A stretch of 64,000 nucleotides of DNA. Source: Tubulanus polymorphus (taxonomy: Eukaryota > Animalia > Nemertea). Under the pieces are notes generated by a model, which ran no database searches, was not told the origin of the DNA, and saw only the letters and a list, made by a program, of their open reading frames with translations. The stretch is taken from the NCBI RefSeq assembly GCF_964204645.1, contig NC_134030.1:4630778-4694777 (forward strand), given 5' to 3'. The position numbers and the translations under genes were made by a program. Below, in pieces: positions 25,163 to 36,700 of the stretch (position 1 is its first letter; the number at the start of each line of letters is the position of its first letter).

Positions 25163-26194
25163 TCATAAAGGCATTTTACAAATGAGATGTGCAGTAGCAT
25201 TCCGAAATCTTACATTTGACACACAGTAGATGAAAAAATTACCACAGGAATCTATAACTGTCAGCAACAATGAAACCTTACGAAACGTCATCTGTGTTTC
25301 ATACGACACTGCATACTTTACATCAATCAGAGCCATTACTCGATCTAAACTACCCGGCATTTCGCAGATAAAAAAGAATATCACAACCGTCGTTACCATT
25401 TTGAGAATCTGTTTGTCTTGTCGAATACCTCTTTGGTTTAACGCACTAGAAATATCCTTTGTTCGATTTTTTGATTTCTTTACAGAAATTACGAGTAGAA
25501 CATTAGTAATAAAAACCCCAATTATTGGTACAATAACGCCACCAATTGTAAATGAATATCTATCCGGTATGGTATATTTCATTCTGATATTGTTGTCTAT
25601 GATATCTGGGCTATCCTCAATTGTATAGACGTATTGACCAGGCCTTAGACAGGGCCATCTCCACAGAGATGGAACTGCTTTTGGTACGACGGCTTGCCAG
25701 AACAAACCGAAGCCGATAAGCGCTATGACTATTAGCCAAATTATTACAGTTCGCGTTTTAAGGATATTTTGGTAATTAAACGGAAATTGGACGGCGATTA
25801 ATCGTTCTAAACTTACCAGAACCACTGTCCAGTTTCGTAACATCTGCAGCGGAAAATAAAACGGCATTGTAAATAATATGATACGCTTGCCAAACATCCA
25901 ATCGTCGAACCGAAACATAACGTCACCTATTGTCGAATAAACGTATAAAACACGAACTGGGTACATCAAAAACATGTCTATCGAGAAAAGTAAATCAAAG
26001 ATAGCTAGAATATTTATACCGCGATAAGAATCGGGTCTGTCGAGACGATGGAGTACGATTGATGTGAGAATATTAACGAAGATTGCCGCGAAGCAGACCG
26101 GACCAATAACGCACGCGTAAAGATAGAAACTGAATTGCATGTACCACATTATCGGTGGTATAGCTTGTGAACATGTGCTGCTGGTGATATTCAT
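25163..26194 (-). CDS. Intronless class A (rhodopsin-like) GPCR, FMRFamide-receptor-like/Srw-type, 343 aa
   Basis: Seven hydrophobic segments with LAIFD (TM2), WTVVLVSLERLIAVQFP (TM3), FFICEMP (TM6) and DSCGNFFIYC...F (TM7/H8). ATG at 26194; the ORF track starts one codon earlier at GTG. Confidence 0.9.
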   Translation of the reverse strand: MNITSSTCSQAIPPIMWYMQFSFYLYACVIGPVCFAAIFVNILTSIVLHRLDRPDSYRGINILAIFDLLFSIDMFLMYPVRVLYVYSTIGDVMFRFDDWMFGKRIILFTMPFYFPLQMLRNWTVVLVSLERLIAVQFPFNYQNILKTRTVIIWLIVIALIGFGLFWQAVVPKAVPSLWRWPCLRPGQYVYTIEDSPDIIDNNIRMKYTIPDRYSFTIGGVIVPIIGVFITNVLLVISVKKSKNRTKDISSALNQRGIRQDKQILKMVTTVVIFFFICEMPGSLDRVMALIDVKYAVSYETQMTFRKVSLLLTVIDSCGNFFIYCVSNVRFRNATAHLICKMPL

Positions 26195-27751
26195 CACGGT
26201 TAACGCCTCTCGGTCATCTCCTCACTAATTTGCAAAAAACATATTTTCCGAACTTCTGATATATAAGATTGTCTAACCAACCAATTACCTCTACCAATTA
26301 GGGATGAAGCGATCTTAAATCGAAAAATATTAACGCCAGAAAAATGAAGGTTTAATTCTCAATATAAGGTTGAAATAACATTTAGATGGATAATTAAAGT
26401 ATGTGATTTTTACCTAGACGTCGACAATACTAAGCAATATATTCGTTATTTTCAAGGCGCCAATAAACTATCAAGTTAATTTTCTTGTTTAGTTTTTCGT
26501 CAATCGAGACGACTGTCTGATGCTTTCTTTTCCAGAAATTCTTGAAAAAAAGCGGCAGACAGTCATGGCAATGAGTCCAGACATACTAAAACGTATATTC
26601 CATATTGTATTAAATTTGCCCAGGATTTCCGTTGATCTCCTCCTAAACCCGGCCTCTAGCTCTAGACGCTTATCGACATATATCATTGGAATTAGCCAGG
26701 TGCAACGTGATATTTATTATTGCTTGAATTCTGCCAGACGAATAGTAATACAATATATACAACTTGATGTTACGCGATTATTACATCGCATTTTTCCGCC
26801 ATCCATTGAACTTTTAATAACGTGAGCTGTAAAACATAACTCTACGCGCATCGTGCAGAAAAACTTCCTAGAAAAAACATTTTCCGCATCCACTGCTGCA
26901 ATGCAAATACATTGCTGTAAAAAACGCGCGTTCAACTTTGTTTAGGCGTTATAGCGGACCTAGTAATAGCGTACGTATACAGTGCGCCAGTTGCAGCAAT
27001 TACAAATGGAATAACGTTCACGGTAATCAGCCAAAATTACATCAAATGACGAAATAAGTCAATTACAATATTATCACCGGATTGGATGCTTATATCCATG
27101 TACATATCGTGAAAAACTACATGTCGTTTGAATTATATACGTACATATAATATTCGAATCGCACATTGTATTCGGCGGCGCGACATCTGTCCCGGCCACA
27201 CATGAAATTGTACATGCTACACGGTGCTACATACTGTCGGAGTACTGCGGATAGTCTAATGGAAAATGTACACGAAGCAGAACATCTACTATATCTCAGG
27301 AACTTCGGTAAGTGAAAATCAATGACGGATAGATAAATCGAAATTAAGAACTACCCTAATCTACACTAGATATAGAATTGCTGAAACTGTTCGAATTGAC
27401 GATTTAGCATGCGATGGCTATATGGCTTGGTGACAATTTACACCGTTTCGATTGCAACCCTTCCGCAGGTTTTGTGAAATTTCGATGACGATCAATTTCC
27501 CTCGTGATATTCAATTAAATGATGTAATCTGAAACTAGAAAAAAATGCATGACGTCGCAACTGGAATGATTGTCACAGATGTCTCTGATCATTGACCTTG
27601 GAAGGCCGTTCTAGCAGCAGGTAGAGCATTCTAAGGTCTTCGCTGTACTCGTTATTGCATCAAAATTTGTAAAGTGATAATGATGAACTGTTTTTGCATT
27701 GAACATAATATTTCAACATGGTGGCCAGCTGGTTCTGGCTATAGGTTTATA

Positions 27752-27912
27752 CAGTGGAACATCGTTACAACGAACTTCGGGGAACCAGAAAATATCTTCG
27801 TTATATGCAATATGACAATATCAATATTGTCCTATTTGGGACGAAATTCTAGGTCTGTTATAACCGATTTGAATTGTTATATACTCGAGGTCGTAATAAC
27901 GAGGTTCCGCTG
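27752..27912. mobile_element. Tc1/mariner (pogo/Tigger-like) MITE
   Basis: TIRs CAGTGGAACATCGTTACAACGA and TCGTAATAACGAGGTTCCGCTG, flanked by TA on both sides. Confidence 0.8.
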
Positions 27913-28381
27913 TAGCAGCGTTTGACTAGATTGGATATAATAGTTGTATGCTTATGAAAATGCGTTGTGGTTTTTGTTGACTGAAATTATCAATATCGCA
28001 AGTATAGATTCATATGCCTATTATACTGAGCCATTCTCGAACTGTCTCAATTGAATCAACTTGAACGATAACGCGCAAGCATATACTCTTATTTTTTACT
28101 GATCACACAATATTTATCCGAACTGCGCTTCATTAATCATCATCACGAGCGAATTTCTCGTGCTATCATCGATGCCGCATCTTTCTTCGCAATTATCTTT
28201 AATCGCTGCGGACACAATGTCGAATTTATCTCTATCCCGTAAAGAAATTTTATATGGCGGCAAATAGCGTATCGTTGAGATCAAGCGTATGATTCATACG
28301 ATTTTACCGTCGAATTATACGCGAATTTAGATCCGGTTGTCGGAGACGTATTGTAAGACACACGAGAGAAATCCCACAATA

Positions 28382-28640
28382 CAGGGGCGGTTCTAGAATT
28401 TTCCACGGGGGGGGGGGGGGGAGGGGTGTCCAATGAGAAAAAAGGGCACTCTTACGAAACACCACGTACTCCGGATACTTCTTCACCATTTTAGGGGGTG
28501 CTTTCGGTCATTTCATGCGTTGAAATTATCATAGGTGGAAACCTTGGTCCAAAAAATTTTGAGGTGACAATTCTGAGAGCAGTTCAAATTTAAGGGGGGG
28601 GGGGTTCCGGACACCCTGACATTCCCTAGATCCGCCCCTG
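28382..28640. mobile_element. MITE with CAGGGGCGG(A/T)TCTAG TIRs and internal poly-G tracts
   Basis: CAGGGGCGGTTCTAG...CTAGATCCGCCCCTG, with long G runs near each end. No clear TSD. Confidence 0.75.
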
Positions 28641-30636
28641 CAATCTGCAATAATCTAACAATGCTTGAGTAAAAGAGTATATATTTTGAGCGACGTTTTG
28701 AAAGACTAGCCATAATCAGGCGTACGTTGTTCAAAATATATACCCTTACTTATGAACTTTACATCCTTGGTGGAATTTCCGGGAGATTTCTCCTTTATAT
28801 TTTACACGGATATCATGTATCATCTTGACGTAAGGCGTTTCTCCTCGTATTTTGCGCTAAGGGCGTAGAGGAGCCGTGTTAACGTGTCAAATCAATAAAC
28901 TTTTAAACAGACATCACTTTGTAAATAGGCTTGATTAGAAAGTTCGAGCTTTCGCTTGCTCCTAATGCATGGGAGCTTCATCAGGTAACTGAGTCACTCA
29001 CCTGATAAAGCAACTTAGCACTTCTGGTAGCGGAAGCTCGTAACTGCTCATAAAATCTAGTAAACCTAATAAAAAGTACCTGTTTTAAGGTTTATTGTTT
29101 TTACTTTGGTCTCGTCTTAGCGGTGGCTTATATCTTATTATCGAAGAATGGAGGTCCATACCAAATCGGGGTTGTTGGCTGGGAGCTCAGTCGCTGACGC
29201 ATACAAGTGTCTTAGGGATTATTAACTTTGACACTTCGCAGACACTTCTGTCAAGCGAAGCCTATTCCCCGTGGCAACGCTCCTAATTCACCTACAACGG
29301 CTGATTGAATTGCAAAGTTTCGGTAAGCGTTAATTACGGAATTTTACGAGGATTTCATATACGATCGGGACGTTGAAATACCGCCGGAATGCGTCTACAT
29401 GGATGCGATGGATTTTATTCTCATGCGCTGCATATAAAATGCAGATATATGTACAAGTTACAAAATATCCTCCTCGGCTGCATAAATAGGTTTACATTCC
29501 AACTGTGGAGAAATCAAATTCGAAAAGTTGTATCTTTCACTCTGATCTTCTCGGCAGCTTGCCACGGGCTTGGTGAGTAGATCACAGTCGGGTATTGTAT
29601 GGCGTATAGATATCGTGCTTGTTCGCCAAATTGCAATCGCGAAATTGCACGAAACTAAATGACACTTCCGTAGAAACCGCGCTTTGTAGTTTCAGCTTAC
29701 ACGTCGTATAAAATATTAAGACATCTATTGCCATTATACCACTCTATCCCGACTAACATTCGTGTCTAGTCGGTAGCTAGACAGTTTTCGTTCTCCTCCA
29801 ATTCTTGTATTACACTTTCAATATTCTATTCATTAATCGATCTATGTAAAACTGCACTGAAATGCAGTTTTTTGTCTGTTCTTTGATCGAATCGATAATA
29901 ACGATATAGGTATATCTATCTACGGCATGCTGTGTAGATATTTTGAAAATTCGGATAACAATGTTTGCTTCTTATCTCTTGATTTGGTTTTCCACTGATA
30001 TTGAAAATCCCAACGTATTCGGTTCATGAATATATCAAGACTCGTACATATTTTGTTCAAATCGCTTTACACAGCTTTTCAAAGTCAAGAAGTGTTTCCA
30101 AACAATATTTTATATGTCTCTGAATCAGCGCCAACATCGGTGCATCTTCGAGGCGTATTTTAACCTACTGTTGCGTGAAATATATACGTAATCACGTATA
30201 TTTTTATCACTAATGTAACATCTGCAGTAAGCTATTGCTATATTTATACGTACAGGTATAAAGCGAGTACTTGTTTTATTGCGTGCACTACGAGGCGAAT
30301 ATATGAGCTATGATCGTATGTTTCACGTGAATCCGTAGAAAAATTCGTAGACATGAATAACTTCCGCCCGTGGAATATATATACCCTGCGGCGTTATTTA
30401 TCTAGATGATATTCCAGTTCTCGGTGGGGTGCCTTCTGGGTAATCCGTAACTTTTAAGGGTATGTTTTTGAGGTGTGGCGTACCAGAATATAGCGTGCCT
30501 CCGAAATAATGAAATCGAACGTAAAATATGAGTTATACGCCGAGGTTTCCCTTCCAGGCGAATGACGTCACCGGAGATTCCCTCGGTGGATTCACCGTGT
30601 CACATGTTGTGGCCAAGCACAGCCCCGATCACACCG

Positions 30637-30711
30637 GCCAGCATCGCCGAATGGTTAGGAGGATCGCATCTAACGCAAGAGTTTCTAAGATCGAATCCTC
30701 GTAAAGGTGTC
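30637..30711 (+). mobile_element. Degenerate tRNA-derived SINE head
   Basis: A-box-like TCGCCGAATGGTTAG and B-box-like GATCGAATCC at tRNA spacing; no complete cloverleaf. Confidence 0.4.
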
Positions 30712-33700
30712 TGAGATAGTTTGTTCTGAAACCATTTGTTTATTTTTGCTTTATGCAACAAATAGAAAAATGACGCTGTTTAGGATATTGTTATTCGTCT
30801 CAATAATTTCATTGTTACAAAATTCCGCATTCCTCAAGTAACGTTATTCATCGTTGATTTCATCGTAACAAATAAAATGCTTTTTGTGCGAATTTATAGC
30901 TTATAGTGTAGTATATTTTTCATGTAGCTATGCAACTCTTTATTGTGCCCTTTTTACAGTAGTAAAATATCCACAAGGATAGTTCCGGATAAAGTGCTTT
31001 ACTGCATATAAATTACCAAGTACATCTGAGATAGAAAATTATCGTAGCAGTGGGTAATATAAACATATTGTCTTCGTGGGGAGGAACAAGCTTCGGATCG
31101 TAATCGATGCAGTTTTGTAATCTCCGATGTTATATGGTGACACACCCGAGCTAAGTATTATGTAAACTGGCGTGCGATTTATTAGATTTCCCCCTCATGA
31201 TCGGCAAATTCCCTGCTAATTAATTAAGTTCTCAGAATCTTATCTTCGGTACATGATTCATTGATGGAGTAAATCGAAATTAGGTAAAACCCCAATACTA
31301 TTCAGGCTATACTAGTGATAGATTATATGATAGATGAGGGGATGTGTATAGGTTTCGAGGATCTTTATCAGCGCTATTGTAACAGCTGATAGTTCGCTTT
31401 TGTTTCCCACTGATTATTAGCAATATTTCTGTCGTTTTGTATCGTTTATTATAATCACTGGTATATTATATTGGTGTAAGTTCACCAAGTGTTGACACCC
31501 AGACTCCAGTCAATAATGTTTATCTTCTACGCGCATTAATCTTCCACGGATTGCGTTGTTGCCGAGTCATTTCGCCGGTCAACCGCAATGCACTTTAAGG
31601 CCGCGTTATCTTTATAGAATTGCTTCCTCTTTTGAACTGATATAATTCGATACCCAGTTTCCTTATTACATATGAAGTCAATTTACAACTTTGTACAACT
31701 TTGTACATGCGAGGGGAGAGAGGCGTTGGTTCGTATTTTATATTTAGCTGCACGCGAGCAAGTGAATCAATAACTCGAGATGCGGATACGGCATCAGTTT
31801 ACCGAGTTCATTCGGAGTTCAAAGTGTTTTTAAAAGCGATTTATACGAAAAAAATAACGTATTGACCGATTATCTTCCATCGCCGTACCGACGGGTCTCT
31901 GGAAGCACGGTTGTTTTATGCGCTATTCATCGTTATGAGATTTGAAAAAACGATGTCATCCATTGTTTGACCCCAAAAACGGGTTTCTATAAATAGCAAT
32001 TTATTAAAATATAATATAATATAATATTATTAAAACTGTATATTGAATGTGTAGTGGCTTCATATGACGATTCATCACCGGTGTTTACATGGTTGAGGAT
32101 GTGGTCTATTTCACCACTGACATACCTTGCTAGTTAGACCAACATCATACGTAGTCTACGTCACGGAAATTAATGAGATAAATCATTTCAATGGTATTAT
32201 AATGAATTTTCCAAGCAAAACAAAGGAGGAGTCGGATGCCACTGGATTGTTAACGAATGAACCCGCCTTCCTGACTAAAAACGCGTTACGGATAACTTAC
32301 GTAAAATGAATAACAGAAGGAGGTAGGTATTGAAGTTGACATCGCATTTCTTATAGCGCAAAGCCCAGGTATTTTTAAGACCTGGAATGTAGGTTGTTCC
32401 AAACGGGTATCTGAGTGCAGACTGGATGAGTCGTAGATTTTATAGCATACTAAAATAGGATAATGATAATAGTATGATATTTACGTATATATACTCTATA
32501 ATGCCACGTCCTTTTTAAACGTGCATTATGGTGCAATGATGAGCAATCTAATGACTTGTCTTTTAGATAAAAAGTAAATGTGTATCGCTATTAAAATATA
32601 ACCGTTGTTTGCTCAAGTGGCACAGTACTTATTAGAACGGCGTGGGATATTTTTAGGATATTATGTTCCAATCTGACCCAGATTTCTAAGTTGACACATC
32701 GATATCTGTTTATTGCAATGCAATTCGAGAACTCGACGACCGGCCGTTTTATCTTGTGACTTTGGAACTATGCGAAAAGCCATACTCGTTTCATATAAGG
32801 GGAACCATCGTTTAGGTATGTAGGATATTTTCTCTTCGACCTAAGCATTGTGAATTCGGGTTCTTATAGCTCCGTGCTGTGATGTACGTACTTTGTACTT
32901 AAGGTGCATGGAGCGAGTATTTTTCGACTAACAAAAGCATACACGTAATACTCGCTATATATATATATATATATACATATTTGCTCTCTTAGTTTGAATT
33001 GCTTTCGACATTTTATCGAAATCCGTACGTCGAAAGTGTATATATATATAACATTATCGAAAATGGCAGAATATATTTTTGAGACGGTTATGAATACAGG
33101 CTTAAGGGTATTCCGGCAGAATACTGCCAAAGTTCGCTGGCTAAATAACTTTACTGTACAAAAATTACCAAAGGGCAAACTAATAACCATAACCGTAATT
33201 TGACTTCAAGTATGATTGACATTATGTCAAAGTCTGGTGGGTTAATGCTGCTACTTCATTAGGAAGGTTATTGCAGTCGAAGCCTATTCGCAAACGAAAG
33301 GAAGCTTGTCCACAATGATGTTAGACTTCGAGTTCACACGAGTTCAGGGCGATGATGTGTACGGCCGTGCCATTTAGCAGAGATGCAGTGGACGGTTAGC
33401 GTTAGATCATCTGGAATCAACAACAAGTGACAGTTCCCTGATCCAATAACGAGCCGGAGTAGTATATGTGCGTTCATGACTATACCGAGGATTAAATCTA
33501 TACGAATGAATTCTACGTGAATATACATTATATTCAACTGTAGCCTCTAAGCGATTGCGCGTAGAAACCTATACTAAACGATAGATCAAAGCATTTTTTC
33601 TAATAAACGACATGCTGTCTGAACTAAAATGCCCAATCAAGAGGTCATCGTATATAATGATCGACACAGTAGCTATCTCCGATCGTAATACCTTGACTTA

Positions 33701-33761
33701 CTAAAAAGTTTTGTTCGTTTGATGTAGGACTGATGAAACGTGCAGCCACACGCTGGAGACG

Positions 33762-36700
33762 ATGATTCGGTGTTTCGGCTGTAAACAAGAAGAATACATC
33801 CAAGAACAAAAGAAACAAGACACGAAATTAAAGCGATGGCTAAAAGAAGAAAGAAAACGGGATCTAAGTACGCTGAAGATATTACTACTGGGTAGGCTAA
33901 TACGTTTTCAAATTCCATTAGTCAATATATTCAAAAAGCAGAGGTTATTTTGGTACTGGCTTTCGTCTAACTTCCTGGTTCTATGAAGTAATATAACCTT
34001 TTTTCTGCGTAGGTACTGGTGAATCAGGTAAAAGCACAATAACCAAACAAATGAGGATTATACACAACAATGGATTCGACGATAAGTAAGTAATTGCGTA
34101 TATACACGTAATGATCATTTTGTGTCATCGCGTCACGTCTCGGCGATGTAATGTAACAAATCGGATGAAAATGGACTTTGGCGCCCTGTGTGTTTACGAA
34201 TGAATTTGTTCGTATTACGCGGATTAGTTACGGAGTTGGACAGCTCGTTTATAGCGCTGCCTCTTCGATGGCGCTTCAAATATTGGCTAAAGCTTCGACA
34301 GTTGTACATTTGAAACTGACATGATTTGAGATCAATCTCTATGTCAATTACGTTTGCTATTGCGTAGTTGAGTCAAAGTCTAATATCCGCAGCAGCCCTG
34401 GTTCGTCCGGTCAATAATGCGTATCAGGTTTTTTTCTCCATTACTCGATGTAGCTCTGTAATGTCGTCATCTACAGCTTCCTTTTTTTATTTCGTTGCAC
34501 AGGAATAAACGGGAGAATATACCGCAAATCAATAAGAACATATTAGAATCTATCGTGGTGAGTAATGGTATCCGGCGTGAATCTGCTCTGCAGTTACTAA
34601 TGAGGCGCATCTAAAATCCTGTCCCTAAAATATCGCCTCAGACTCGGCCGATAATAATAATCTCCGCAAAATTAATATCGATACCAATTCTTGCCTCTTG
34701 TAGATTACACGTACATAATCATTTGATAAAGTCTCGATGAATTATTTTCACATTTTGTCCATTTTTGAATACATTATGTATATAGTGATGATTAGGTAGT
34801 GATAGAGAAATACTGAGGTCCATGCTTAGACATGATTGGTATTGAACCGCAGTAGTCAGGGGGGATCTCTAAAAAAAACTCTTAGGTAAAACCGATCCAC
34901 CGTCTAATTACTCGTCGTAGCCGTATCGTATACAGAATAAGTTAAGCATTCATTCACTTGCTATCGAATATTCCTTCGACGTATCGTCTGGCGAACGATT
35001 TTCGAATAGGGATTGCCGGTGCCTAGCAGCACGGGACAGTATTTAATCCGCTACGATCTTGTTTACTTTAATTAACGATTTCATCGATATTTTCCATTTT
35101 CGAACAAACGTTATAGCGGTCGACAATTGTTTTTTCCTGATTAAATATATCGATCATGTATTTTATGATATTCTCGTTGGCTTTTAATCAGAATGCGATG
35201 AAGAATGATTTATTTATTCTACGTGATCCGTACATTTAATAATGAATAGAATTTCGATTTCAAGATAAGGTTATGAGGGACCCGGTACAAACCAAGTCAG
35301 CAGGCACTGGGTACGGTGCATGATAATATTTGAGTCAATATTATGTTGTTGGAAGAAGACATTTCTAAAAATTTTGAAAATTGCAAAGCTCAGCAAATAT
35401 CGATCATGAAAACGTTCTATTCTTCTCAATAACTTTAATGATATAATTTTGATTATTTTCGTAACTTCCAGTCTATTGTTTCCGCCATGAATGACCTAGG
35501 AATCCGATTCGAAAATACAGAATGCGAAGCCAGTGCCGGGTACATCAAAGCAATCGCCGCTAATCGAGAGCCTATGGATTTCAGAAACGTTCCTCAGGTA
35601 AGAAAAACCTTCTACACAGTCGAAGATGTGGATTCATGATAATTCATGTGATATTTCAAAGAAATTACAATAGTTTCCACACACTTTCCACTTCATACGG
35701 TTTTTCGCGTAAAATGGCACTTTCTAGAACGTTATTCGATATTTACAACCAACTGTTCACTGAATAACGTAGTGAACCCCAGCTGGATGCGTCGGTATCT
35801 ATCGACTGAATAGACAATTTATAATCGCAATCAATCATCTAGCAAACACATTGAGATAATTGAATCATTAGCTTTACACATAACTGGGCCTGCGTAATCT
35901 GCAGAGTTGAAATTAAAGTTATCGAATTTATGCCGTAATAGGTAGCGCACCCTGTTTGCTGAGAGGAATGTTGTTCGATTCATTGAATTATATGTATTTA
36001 CTCATATACAAATGAATTATGTAAAGACTTTTCTCAGTCGTTAGTGAAAGTTGCAGTTATCTCCACGCGCAGCGAATAGCTACAGTTCGAAAACATGTAA
36101 ATGAAGTCTTGCGTTTTCTTTATCTTCTCGGCACTTTTGTCGCGCTTAATAACCGTGTCGGATGCTAAACGGATTACCATCTAACAACGAAAGATCCCGG
36201 TAAAATAGTTGAAACATTTCGCGCCGATCCTAAACGCTGTTTCCATTAACGTTTTACGGTATAGTAATAACGAGATTGCGTGACTCCGGAACTGCGTAGA
36301 TACAAACGCGATCGTTAAATTCGCCGACATTATTTTCTATATTGCAGTTCGAGACGTACGAATATAAGAAATTGCACCCGGTATTGAATTATTTAAGCCT
36401 TCCTTCAGAAATGCATATGCACATCTTACAGTGTTTCGGCGACAGAATTTTTTCTGTACAGGATCTGTCGGTCGTACCACCTGATTCTATCGTCGTGGCG
36501 CTAAAGGGGATTTATGTTTCCTTTAACCCTATCTATTTGCTTTTAGTACTGAATTCTTTCTGGAAAGTGTAGTTGACAATCAATCTTTTCTATATCATCG
36601 ATAAGATAAAATTCGTCTCGTCAAGGCTTCTATTTATGTCCTTGTCGCCTGTGGGTTTTTGATCAGAGAAGTTCGACATGCAGAGCAGATATTTTCGTAG

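Larger units (their letters stand above)
22475..26677. repeat. Tandem duplication of the GPCR unit (~22475-24692 vs ~24693-26677)
   Basis: Near-identical coding sequence and 3' flank; upstream blocks 24432-24692 and 26430-26677 also align. Confidence 0.92.

Noticed and set aside
2108-25628. Antisense ORFs over real genes (2108-2497, 10420-10683, 20931-21275, 22966-23292, 25230-25628)
   Set aside because: Shadow frames of the coding strand with no independent features.
30637-30711. tRNA gene
   Set aside because: Acceptor and anticodon stems do not pair; kept only as a possible SINE head.
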